Shown piece after piece: positions 56,145 to 64,000 of a stretch of DNA of 64,000 bases. A program made the translations under genes and the position numbers. Under the pieces are notes generated by a model. The model had not been told where the DNA came from and ran no database searches. It was given only the letters and a program-made list of their open reading frames with translations. Origin of the DNA: a virus (lineage: Duplodnaviria > Caudoviricetes); IMG/VR virus record IMGVR_UViG_3300002895_000002, positions 96,001 through 160,000 of that record, one strand, 5' to 3'. Each line of letters opens with the position of its first letter. Position 1 is the stretch's first letter.

Positions 56145-57768
56145 TTTTTTTGAAAAGAACAAGATAAGTCCTAGAAGTCAGCAGTGTGAAGTATTATCCA
56201 AACTTGAATCAAATTGGGATAGATATGATAATTTCGTTATATCAGCCCCAACCGGTGTAGGGAAAAGCTTCATTGCTCTCGCCATTGCTATGGGCACCAC
56301 AAACTCATTCCTTCTCACCGGAACCAAATCCCTCCAAAGTCAGTACATCGAGACGTCGGATCAGCTCTACAACATCAAAGGACGGGCAAACTATCCCTGT
56401 GGTCTTAACCGGACCGTTCGTGCTGACATGGGGCCATGTTCCATCATGCCTCAGATCAAGCGAAAATGTTATGGGAATGGGTCCTGCATCTACCACAACG
56501 CAAAGCTTGGTGCGAAGAAGGCCAAGACTATGCTGACCAATTATGCTTACTTCCTGACAGCTCTCAATTCCGGGTCTTTTGGTGAGCCATATGAGTGTAA
56601 GCGAGCGGTGGTTCTATGTGACGAAGCACATGACCTTGAGAAGTGTCTAATCAACTTCGCTGAATGTGTCATTTCACCATCTGATATCAATAAGAAGTTC
56701 CATATCCAAGATCCCGCGTGGAAGTTTGGAAACAGTGAGAAGAAAAATCTCGAGATCCTGTTTGATATCAAGGCTGAGATTGGGAAGGAGATGAACAAGT
56801 GTACCTCCCAAATCGATCTTATCTACGCCAAGTATGGCATCACTTCGGAAGATACTTCCGGGATGTTCAAGATGAACGGAGCAGACACCGATAAGATTGC
56901 TAAGCTAGGCCTTAAGTTAGCTCAGCTTGATCGAACAATCAAACCCATCGACATCTATGAGGCAAACCAGTCGTTTCGGTGGATTATTGATGCAAACACT
57001 GATGACAATACCTTGAAAATATCTCCCATATCTGCCTCTGGTATTTTCTCTGAATACATGCAGCACTTTGGTGGAAAATTTGTATTCATGTCAGCCACCA
57101 TTGGAGATCCGAATGTATTCTGTCGGGAGCTTGGTCTAGACCCGGAGCGTACTGCCTTCATTCGAACCGGAACTGATTTCCCTGCGGAGAATGCTCCCAT
57201 TGTTTTTTGTCCTGTTGGGAAAATGAATTACAAGGATCTTCCTGCTACCATGCCGAAGATTGTGGCAGGTGTGATTGAGATTCTCAAAGGTCATGCTGAA
57301 GATAAAGGGATCATACATACCGGGAATTACAAGATCTCTCAAGCCATCATTGACGGACTTCCAAGAGAGCTTAAATCCAGACTGATCCATCGAGACATGA
57401 AGTACGGACAGAAGATCAGTAACGAGGACCTAGTCCGGATGCACACCCACGATAAAGGTCCGACTGTTCTCATCTCCCCATCGTTGGGAACTGGAACCTC
57501 CCTTGATGATGACCTTTCTCGGTTCCAGATCATTGTCAAGCTGCCATTTCCTTCACTGTTGGACGCAAGGGTAAAGATAAAAGCGGATGAGGATCCCGAC
57601 TGGTACCTGGACACCATGTGGCGTGAAGTTCAACAATCTTCGGGGCGATCCATTCGAAGCATGGAAGATCATGCTGTTACTTACGTTCTGGACAGTTCTA
57701 CTGATTGGTTCTTCAAGAAAGCAGAAAAAGTTCTGCCTCCTCATTTCAAGGAAAGGTGGCACTGGTGA
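56128..57768 (+). CDS. DinG/Rad3-like SF2 helicase
   Basis: APTGVGKS; KGRANYPC Fe-S; DEAH; MSAT; IIHTGNY; FQIIVKLPFP; QQSSGRSIRS. Confidence 0.9.
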   Translation: MPNFLDFFEKNKISPRSQQCEVLSKLESNWDRYDNFVISAPTGVGKSFIALAIAMGTTNSFLLTGTKSLQSQYIETSDQLYNIKGRANYPCGLNRTVRADMGPCSIMPQIKRKCYGNGSCIYHNAKLGAKKAKTMLTNYAYFLTALNSGSFGEPYECKRAVVLCDEAHDLEKCLINFAECVISPSDINKKFHIQDPAWKFGNSEKKNLEILFDIKAEIGKEMNKCTSQIDLIYAKYGITSEDTSGMFKMNGADTDKIAKLGLKLAQLDRTIKPIDIYEANQSFRWIIDANTDDNTLKISPISASGIFSEYMQHFGGKFVFMSATIGDPNVFCRELGLDPERTAFIRTGTDFPAENAPIVFCPVGKMNYKDLPATMPKIVAGVIEILKGHAEDKGIIHTGNYKISQAIIDGLPRELKSRLIHRDMKYGQKISNEDLVRMHTHDKGPTVLISPSLGTGTSLDDDLSRFQIIVKLPFPSLLDARVKIKADEDPDWYLDTMWREVQQSSGRSIRSMEDHAVTYVLDSSTDWFFKKAEKVLPPHFKERWHW

Positions 57769-58055
57769 TGAAACAAACATGTGGCGGGTGTTATAAATTT
57801 AGTAGGGACTCATTAATATTTCATTGGGGATTGTGTTCCGTCAACAAAACCAAAAGACGGGACAACTGGACATGTGACGTCCAAAGAACAGGAGAAAGTG
57901 TTATGACAATCAAAGTGAAACATGTGGAAGGTGTGGTGGTTTGCCCGAAGTGTAGAGGGATCGGTGCAGAGATCCAGCATGATGGCAGTAAGCACTGGTG
58001 CAGGATGTGCGGAGGCGGCGGCCAACTCCTGGAGAATGATAACGTTTCCGAATAA
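57768..58055 (+). CDS. Cys-rich hypothetical protein (DnaJ-like CxxCxG motifs)
   Basis: CGGC, CPKCRGIG, CRMCGGGG. Confidence 0.55.
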   Translation: MKQTCGGCYKFSRDSLIFHWGLCSVNKTKRRDNWTCDVQRTGESVMTIKVKHVEGVVVCPKCRGIGAEIQHDGSKHWCRMCGGGGQLLENDNVSE

Positions 58056-58058
58056 TTC

Positions 58059-58112
58059 TTGACAAATCCTCCCGAATCTGTTATTATTGAATAAAATGGA
58101 TTCGGGAGGATT
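58059..58112 (+). promoter_or_regulatory. Sigma70 promoter inside a perfect 14-bp RBS-sequestering hairpin
   Basis: TTGACA-N17-TATTAT; aatcctcccgaatc/gattcgggaggatt. Confidence 0.75.
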
Positions 58113-58114
58113 GT

Positions 58115-58312
58115 GTGAGCTTCAATAAAGCTATCAAGTCCGGCAAGGAAAAACGAAAACCATATCGAGGAGCAAAGAGTTACGATGTGTCCTGTCGTAA
58201 TCATGGATCCTGTGATTACTGCAAAAGCAACCGGATCCACTTTGATGAAGTAAAACGAAAGGCAGCAGATGCTGACCTTAACGAATTCAAAAAGAAGGAC
58301 AACAACGAATGA
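58115..58312 (+). CDS. Small basic Cys/His protein
   Basis: KEKRKPYRGAK..SCRNHGSCDYCKSNR. Confidence 0.65.
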   Translation: MSFNKAIKSGKEKRKPYRGAKSYDVSCRNHGSCDYCKSNRIHFDEVKRKAADADLNEFKKKDNNE

Positions 58313-58875
58313 TTCTCATCTTCGAAGGTCCTGAGCGTTCTGGCAAAGGAACCCAGTCAATGATTTTCCGTGATATGTTCGCTATCCGGAGAATGCCAGT
58401 CCACTATCTCTATTACCCAAAATTCAACATCGCCGCGGAAAACTATAGCGGATATGCTTCAAATGAATTTAGGAGCATGTTCCGACTAATGACCATGGCG
58501 GTTGAGAACAAAATGAACCTCATTTTGGACCGGGCTCACCTTAGTGAATGGGTCTACGGCCAGATCTATCGTAAGTATATTCCTGATTTTATATGGGACC
58601 ATGAACAGCAGTATCTCGAGAACGATCTGGCAATGAAGAACACATACCTTGTGACCTTCTACGCGGCACCGGAAACGTTAATCAACCGGGACGACGGCCT
58701 TAGCTTTACCACAAGCCTGGACAAAGAAACTGCTCTCACCAACAAGCAACTCGAGCTGGACCTGTATAGTGATTGCTTTGAGCGAACCAAGTTTCGCAAC
58801 AAAATCAGATTGAATAGCGACTGTAATACAATCAGTCTACTCACCGGAAGAATCAAAGAATTCGTAGGAATGTAA
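58309..58875 (+). CDS. dNMP/thymidylate kinase-like protein
   Basis: IFEGPERSGKGTQ; ILDRAHLSEWVYG. Confidence 0.85.
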   Translation: MILIFEGPERSGKGTQSMIFRDMFAIRRMPVHYLYYPKFNIAAENYSGYASNEFRSMFRLMTMAVENKMNLILDRAHLSEWVYGQIYRKYIPDFIWDHEQQYLENDLAMKNTYLVTFYAAPETLINRDDGLSFTTSLDKETALTNKQLELDLYSDCFERTKFRNKIRLNSDCNTISLLTGRIKEFVGM

Positions 58876-58884
58876 GGAGAACAA

Positions 58885-59276
58885 ATGAAGATCAGAGAGT
58901 TTTCCAAAACATCTTCGAAAAGAAACGTGAGCTTCGGAGAACCATTGCTTCCCTTGAGAGCATCATTGATTCCAAGGTAGAGATCATCGATGAGCTCAAG
59001 CGGCAGGTCAGTGAAGCACAGGAAGCCCTTTCCAAGAAGTACGAGGACTGGGCCGATGAAGCAGTGATCGACTTTGAAGGGCTGAAGGTCGTCAGTGTGG
59101 AACGGTTCTACCGTGAAAATGCTGACATGCCGAATACCACCATCGGTTATTGGGGTGTGGACGGTGACGGGAACCCCAAGATGAAGGAGTGGATCCTGTG
59201 GATCTCCCCTGAAGAGCACAAGAAGATCGCCGCTGATTTCAGAGCATATCTGGCTAAGAAAGGAGCAAACGAATGA
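58885..59276 (+). pseudogene. Coiled-coil hypothetical protein with -1 frameshift
   Basis: AAGGAG-ATG 58885; MKIREF joins FQNIFEKK..IDFEGL if the T4 run 58900-58903 gains a T. Confidence 0.6.
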
Positions 59277-59995
59277 AAGACGAAGCACTGTTCAAGGAGA
59301 AGGTTGACGAGTTTGCTGTTCTACGTATCGAGCGAGGTGAGCAATCGTCCCGACTGAGTAAGACCGCCAAGCTGGCAAAGAACCTGATTGGGATGAAGGG
59401 GTCCGACTACAAGAAGATCACCAACATCATCTATTCCACCACGCCGGCTGCAAAAGAGCGGGCTGACAAGAAGAACACCAGTAAGAAGAAGCCGCTCACC
59501 AAGCTGGAAAAAGCGGCTGAGCAATTTGCTGAGCTCTACTCCCAGCTCACTCTCCTAGGCGAGGGTAACCGACTTGAGCTGCTCATGGCCAACAAAGGTG
59601 TGAAGATCGAGGCCGCATTCGAAGGTGCTCTCACCGACAAGTATGAGCTCCGCAAACCCAGTGAGAAGACCGAGGAGCTCTGGGAAGAGCTGATGGGTGG
59701 TGAAGAGATCCCCGCAACAACCCAAGAAAGGGCCAAGTGTCTGATCAACGCCGGCCTGGTGTGTCTCAACGATGTTGCTGAGATCTCTGACAAGATGAAC
59801 AAGGAGATTCTTGAAGAAGCGGCTGAGGACTGTGGTGTGATCAAGAAGCACCTTGTCAAAGCAGTTGGTCTCCGGGTCAAAGCAATCAAGAAAGGGGAGG
59901 ATGTTATCCCTGAAGCAGTTGACGCAATCTCGTCGGACGCGGAACAACTCTGTGAAACCCTCTCGGCAATGATTCCGGGAGAGAAAGAAGAATAA
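59273..59995 (+). CDS. Hypothetical helical protein
   Basis: 240 aa, AAGGAG RBS, strong phage codon bias. Confidence 0.7.
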   Translation: MKDEALFKEKVDEFAVLRIERGEQSSRLSKTAKLAKNLIGMKGSDYKKITNIIYSTTPAAKERADKKNTSKKKPLTKLEKAAEQFAELYSQLTLLGEGNRLELLMANKGVKIEAAFEGALTDKYELRKPSEKTEELWEELMGGEEIPATTQERAKCLINAGLVCLNDVAEISDKMNKEILEEAAEDCGVIKKHLVKAVGLRVKAIKKGEDVIPEAVDAISSDAEQLCETLSAMIPGEKEE

Positions 59996-59998
59996 GCC

Positions 59999-60223
59999 AT
60001 GAACACCAAGGATGCAAAGCATCTGGACCTGCCGCAGCTCAAGTCACGTCTCCGCGGTACCGACTATGCACTCATCCGGTCAGTGGAAGACATCGTAGAT
60101 GCACTCGTGAAAGCAGGGATCCTCAAAAGATCCCTGCTGCCCGAGGATGTCTGGGATATCATCGAGGAGCGCAAGGAACTCCGCACAAAGATCAGGGAGA
60201 TTGTTGATGCCAAAAATCCATGA
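59999..60223 (+). CDS. Hypothetical protein
   Basis: 74 aa ORF. Confidence 0.6.
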   Translation: MNTKDAKHLDLPQLKSRLRGTDYALIRSVEDIVDALVKAGILKRSLLPEDVWDIIEERKELRTKIREIVDAKNP

Positions 60224-60244
60224 ATAAAAAATGACATATTTCTG

Positions 60245-60279
60245 TGTGTATCTCATAAATACCTATGGAGGGATACACA
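60245..60279 (+). promoter_or_regulatory. RBS-sequestering hairpin with late promoter in the loop
   Basis: tgtgtatctc/gagggatacaca around CATAAATA. Confidence 0.7.
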
Positions 60280-60959
60280 TGAAAAATAAAACTCATAAAC
60301 ACCACATCATACCAAAGCATTCCGGTGGAGGGGATGAACCAGAAAACCTTATTGAACTAACAGTAGAACAACATGCACTGGCACATCTAAAATTATTTGA
60401 ACAGAATGGTAATCCTAAAGATTATTGTGCATATAAACTTCTTTCTGGCCAAGGAGACAAATTCTTTGAGACTGCATCGTTGGGTGGAAAAATACAAGGA
60501 GCAATAAACCGTGATTCTGGTCACATGAATAGAATTAGGTTATTGGTTGATGAAGAAAAAAGAATAGCCAATGCGAAAAAGACAATGTTTGAAAGAAGAA
60601 ATAATTGTTTTCTCGATCCAGAAAAAAGAAGAATATGTCAGTCAAAAGGTGGAACAATTGGTGGAAGAAAAAATGCTGCGAGCGGCCACCTAAAAAGAAT
60701 ATCCGTGGAATCAGCAAAAATAAGATCCGAAAAAATGAAAAATAGAATTCTGATCAACAATGGTAGTGAAACAAAAATGATACCTGAGAGTGATTTCGAT
60801 CTCTATCCTGGATGGAATAAAGGAAGACACACTGAAGGAAATAATAAGAATACAATATGGATCACAGACGGAAACAAAAGAAAAAGAATCAAAAAAGACA
60901 CTGATATTCCCGAAGGCTGGTCTGCGTGCAAAGTTGACATTATGCAGGTTTCGTGTTAG
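60279..60959 (+). CDS. HNH homing endonuclease with NUMOD1-like tail
   Basis: HKHHIIPKHSGGGDEPENLIELTVEQHALAHLKL; INNG..GWNKGR. Confidence 0.9.
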   Translation: MKNKTHKHHIIPKHSGGGDEPENLIELTVEQHALAHLKLFEQNGNPKDYCAYKLLSGQGDKFFETASLGGKIQGAINRDSGHMNRIRLLVDEEKRIANAKKTMFERRNNCFLDPEKRRICQSKGGTIGGRKNAASGHLKRISVESAKIRSEKMKNRILINNGSETKMIPESDFDLYPGWNKGRHTEGNNKNTIWITDGNKRKRIKKDTDIPEGWSACKVDIMQVSC

Positions 60960-60962
60960 AAT
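60934..60962 (+). promoter_or_regulatory. Sigma70-type promoter TTGACA-N17-TAGAAT
   Basis: Overlaps the HE 3' end, upstream of the gp33 operon. Confidence 0.7.
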
Positions 60963-60985
60963 GAAGTATTAGAAGGGAGATAGCA

Positions 60986-61204
60986 ATGAATGAATTAAAC
61001 GATAACCAAATGGTTTTGTATCTCAAGAAGACTGGAATACCAGTCATTGTCGATCTAGGCGAGATTTCTGAGGACGGTGAGATACCCATCGAGATTCAAC
61101 TGGAAGACAAACACAAACACCTGCTGGATCAAGCCCTTACAGAAGTTCAGGAAGTAATTCAGCTGATGCTCAAAGAAATGGCGGAGGACCTTGAAAATGC
61201 TTGA
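60986..61204 (+). CDS. Hypothetical protein
   Basis: 72 aa, GGGAG RBS. Confidence 0.6.
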   Translation: MNELNDNQMVLYLKKTGIPVIVDLGEISEDGEIPIEIQLEDKHKHLLDQALTEVQEVIQLMLKEMAEDLENA

Positions 61205-61442
61205 CGGAATCTCCCTAAAGATCGAAGAGATGGCAAAAGAAAACGGTGGGAGTTACATGGAGGCAGTTCTGGATTTCCAGGAGCAACATGAGATTCCTGA
61301 CGTGGAGGACATCACAGAAAACCTTCATAAGAACATCATCGAGAAGCTCAAGGAAGAGATCATCAGAAAGAACTTCCTGGGCAAAGACAGCAAGTTCTAT
61401 CAGGAATCGAAAGCAATCCCTTCCGAGTTTTTCGAGGACTAA
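61197..61442 (+). CDS. gp33: Late transcription coactivator
   Basis: SLKIEEMAKE..SYMEAVLDF..IIEKLKEE..NFL; size and proximity to gp32. Confidence 0.75.
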   Translation: MLDGISLKIEEMAKENGGSYMEAVLDFQEQHEIPDVEDITENLHKNIIEKLKEEIIRKNFLGKDSKFYQESKAIPSEFFED

Positions 61443-61445
61443 TCC

Positions 61446-61691
61446 ATGCACATCAAACCAAACTCCGAACTGGCTATGAAGTGGGCTCACTTTGGTGGCT
61501 CCTTGGGTGGTAAGATCATGGAGCTCAGACAAATGAACTACATCCTGTCGGGTGGAGTAGAAATCACTCCAGAAGGTCTTGAGAAACTCAAGAATCGGTT
61601 GGACCGGCTCAATCGAGAGCTCGTTATGCTCTGCAAAACCACCCCAGAAAAACTCAATGATCTAGTTGAACAAACGAAGGAGCACCTGTGA
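61446..61691 (+). CDS. Hypothetical protein
   Basis: 81 aa ORF. Confidence 0.55.
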   Translation: MHIKPNSELAMKWAHFGGSLGGKIMELRQMNYILSGGVEITPEGLEKLKNRLDRLNRELVMLCKTTPEKLNDLVEQTKEHL

Positions 61692-62659
61692 TCCATAATC
61701 CCCTCATTATCAGTCACTACGACCTTGATGGTGTTGTCTCTGCCATCTGTATGAAGAATGCTCTAAGAAAACTGGGACACGACGCTCCAGTGACTTACCA
61801 GAGCTACAAGAAAGACGACCAGCTCGTTGATAATCTCATCACTGAGTTTACTGGTCAGAAAAAGACCATCTTCTTCCTTGACTATAGGCTTGGTCTTCCT
61901 TACATCAAACAGTTACTCACTGAGCCTGAGTTCGTTGTGATTGTTGTTGATCATCACGAGTGGGAAGATCATGAGGTCACAGAGTGTCGTGATCTGGAGA
62001 AGACCGGCAGATTCCGTTTCCGGTGGGATAAGAGCAAATGTGGTGCTGAGCTAACTCAAGAAATGACCCGAGCAATGGGCCAGTATGACCCAGATCTTGA
62101 TTTCCTGGTCTACTGTACTCGGGTTTATGATCTGTGGCTGACTGATGAGCCCGAGTTCAAAGACCATTCCTTGGCCCTAAATGAGATGTTCTGGGAGCTC
62201 AAACCAGAAGGGTTTATTCATCAGTTCGATTGTGGATACTTTGGTCACCTCTCACCAATCTGTGCTGAGATCTGGCGGAAGTTTGATGATACCCGGGAAG
62301 AATACATGGCCAAAGCAATGGAAGGGTCAATGCAGTATACTTTCCCTACCGAGAAGAAGGTTCTCATCATTGGAACCCCTGAACCAAAATTCACCAACCT
62401 CTTTACTATCTACCACCCAGAGTTTCATTATTTCTTTGTGGTGAAGAGCTACAATAAAGACAACACCGTGTCTGTCTCTATTCGTATTCGTGAAGGAAAC
62501 ATGACTGTCCAAGACATTGTTGATCTGGCCAGGAAACACGTTCCGGAGATGATTGGTGGTGGACACAAGAATGCTGGTGGAGTTACTATTCCTGCTTCCA
62601 TCGAACCGGGGGATTTCTTTGAGATGATAATCGACGAGATGGAGCAGGATGGAGCGTAG
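61688..62659 (+). CDS. DHH-family phosphoesterase
   Basis: HYDLDG; FFLD; VVDHH; CGAEL; GGGHKNAGG. Confidence 0.9.
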   Translation: MIHNPLIISHYDLDGVVSAICMKNALRKLGHDAPVTYQSYKKDDQLVDNLITEFTGQKKTIFFLDYRLGLPYIKQLLTEPEFVVIVVDHHEWEDHEVTECRDLEKTGRFRFRWDKSKCGAELTQEMTRAMGQYDPDLDFLVYCTRVYDLWLTDEPEFKDHSLALNEMFWELKPEGFIHQFDCGYFGHLSPICAEIWRKFDDTREEYMAKAMEGSMQYTFPTEKKVLIIGTPEPKFTNLFTIYHPEFHYFFVVKSYNKDNTVSVSIRIREGNMTVQDIVDLARKHVPEMIGGGHKNAGGVTIPASIEPGDFFEMIIDEMEQDGA

Positions 62660-62723
62660 TTATCTTGAAGAAAATCTCAAGATTTGATAAATAATAGTAC
62701 AAAATTAAACAGTTTAACAAAAT

Positions 62724-62752
62724 TTGACAAAATAATCAAGACATAATAATAT
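62724..62752 (+). promoter_or_regulatory. Sigma70-type promoter upstream of gp32
   Basis: TTGACA-N17-TAATAT; late GATAAATA at 62687. Confidence 0.55.
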
Positions 62753-62828
62753 ACTTTTATCAACCCGAGACAAAACCTCGGTAAACCCCAGAACCCTGCG
62801 AAGAGCAGAGGAGAAAGAGAGCAAAACA

Positions 62829-63857
62829 ATGGCCGCACCACGTAAGTTCGCATTCGACTTCAACGCAGTAAAGGACCGCATCCAGAAGGACGACGCCAAG
62901 AAAGGCTACCAAAAGGATGAGCGGTTCTGGACACCCACCAAGGACGCTGAAGGTAACGCGTTCGCTGTAATCCGTTTCCTCCCTGACATGAACGGCAACC
63001 CCTTCATCAAGTATTACGCTCACTCGTTTGACTATCTGAAGAACGGCGAGAAGAAATACTGGATCAAGAACTGCATTAACACCTTCGGGTATGAGGAAGA
63101 ATGCCCCATCTGCAAAAAGAACATGACCCTTTGGGACTCCGCCTTTGAATCCGACAAGAAACTCGCCGGCAAGCAGGGCCGCAAGCTCCACTACGTCTCG
63201 AACATCCTGATTGTCAACGACACCAACAACCCGGAGAACAACGGTAAGGTCATGTTGTTCCGGTACGGTAGGAAGATCTACGAGAAGATCAAGAAGCTCA
63301 TGTTCCCTACGGAGCAGGACCTGGCAGATCCGGATTTCGTATCCTACGTTCCTTTCGACTTGTACGAAGGGGCTGACTTCAAGCTCAAAGTCAAGAAGCA
63401 GGGTGACTTCCCGAACTACGACGACTCCTCTTTCGCTCAGCGTCAGACCCCGGTAGCAAAGGGTGACGACGACGCCATCGCCGCCATCATGGAGAAGACA
63501 GTCGTTCTGGACGAGTTTCTGGATCGCAAGCTGTATCCGGAGAATGATGAGACCATCAAAGTTCTCGGTGAGTATCTGAATATGGTCGTTCCCGAAGTGG
63601 CCGACAAGAACGACGAGCCGGCTGCTGGTGAGGAACCGGCGTTCGGTTTCCAGGACAATGAGCCTGAGCCTGCCAAGCCGGCTGAGAAGAAGAAAGAGCC
63701 GCCTGTCAAGGTCAAGATCGATCCGGCTGCTGGGGAAGATGACGACGTCCCGTTTGACGGCGGGAAGAAGATTGAACCCGCTGTTGAATCTGCTCCGGCT
63801 GCATCCAACGACGACGATCTCGACTCCGACGCTGAGTTCTTCAAGACCCTCCGATAA
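62829..63857 (+). CDS. gp32: Single-stranded DNA-binding protein
   Basis: DERFW; AVIRFLP; NC..CPIC; NNGKVMLFRYG; GADFKLK; NYDDS; acidic tail. Confidence 0.95.
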   Translation: MAAPRKFAFDFNAVKDRIQKDDAKKGYQKDERFWTPTKDAEGNAFAVIRFLPDMNGNPFIKYYAHSFDYLKNGEKKYWIKNCINTFGYEEECPICKKNMTLWDSAFESDKKLAGKQGRKLHYVSNILIVNDTNNPENNGKVMLFRYGRKIYEKIKKLMFPTEQDLADPDFVSYVPFDLYEGADFKLKVKKQGDFPNYDDSSFAQRQTPVAKGDDDAIAAIMEKTVVLDEFLDRKLYPENDETIKVLGEYLNMVVPEVADKNDEPAAGEEPAFGFQDNEPEPAKPAEKKKEPPVKVKIDPAAGEDDDVPFDGGKKIEPAVESAPAASNDDDLDSDAEFFKTLR

Positions 63858-63877
63858 CATCAGCTCGGAATAAAACA

Positions 63878-63910
63878 GAAAAGGGAACTGGGAAACCAGT
63901 TCCCTTTTCT
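63878..63910 (+). terminator. Intrinsic terminator
   Basis: aaaagggaactg/cagttccctttt. Confidence 0.75.
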
Positions 63911-63938
63911 TGTGATAAATATCGAAGAGGAATTCGAC

Positions 63939-64000
63939 ATGGCTAATAATGATCTATACTTCTTTGATTTGATGAAGACAGGACGTAGCTATTCTGGGTC
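63939..64000 (+). CDS. 3'-truncated late gene
   Basis: GATAAATA promoter, GAGG RBS, MANNDLYFFDLMKTG. Confidence 0.5.
   Translation, partial: MANNDLYFFDLMKTGRSYSG

Noticed and set aside
1-64000. tRNA or rRNA genes
   Set aside because: No cloverleaf with T-loop GTTCRA and acceptor stem recognised in the intergenic gaps; a tRNAscan run would confirm
1-64000. Alternative genetic code (stop-codon reassignment) as the cause of split genes
   Set aside because: Core genes are full length in code 11 and use all three stop codons; the breaks are explained by frameshifts or insertions

Overview
64 kb of a large T4-like (Tevenvirinae/Straboviridae-type) myophage genome, with nearly all genes on the + strand. 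It holds a late morphogenesis block (PAAR, gp13-gp19, gp3, gp4, gp2, gp20, fibre genes, gp67, gp21-gp23) followed by a replication/recombination block (uvsY, uvsW, gp55, gp47/46, uvsX, gp41, rnh, gp61, class II RNR, DinG-like helicase, dNMP kinase, gp33, DHH phosphoesterase, gp32). About 14 AT-rich homing-endonuclease (HE) genes or remnants are interspersed. Main discovery: five of the six minus-strand HE genes (GIY-YIG and HNH families) are headed by an ~85-nt element. It is bounded by face-to-face late promoters and folds into a covarying three-way junction. In every copy, its variable loop duplicates 8-10 nt around that HE gene's own Shine-Dalgarno, so the + strand RNA would be a target-matched antisense repressor of the nuclease. 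Second highlight: nrdJ is encoded in three pieces, with one intein-less break and one split-intein break, each filled by an HE. All calls come from motif recognition by eye; no database searches or folding programs were run. Several HE genes carry single-base homopolymer frameshifts that could be sequencing errors.
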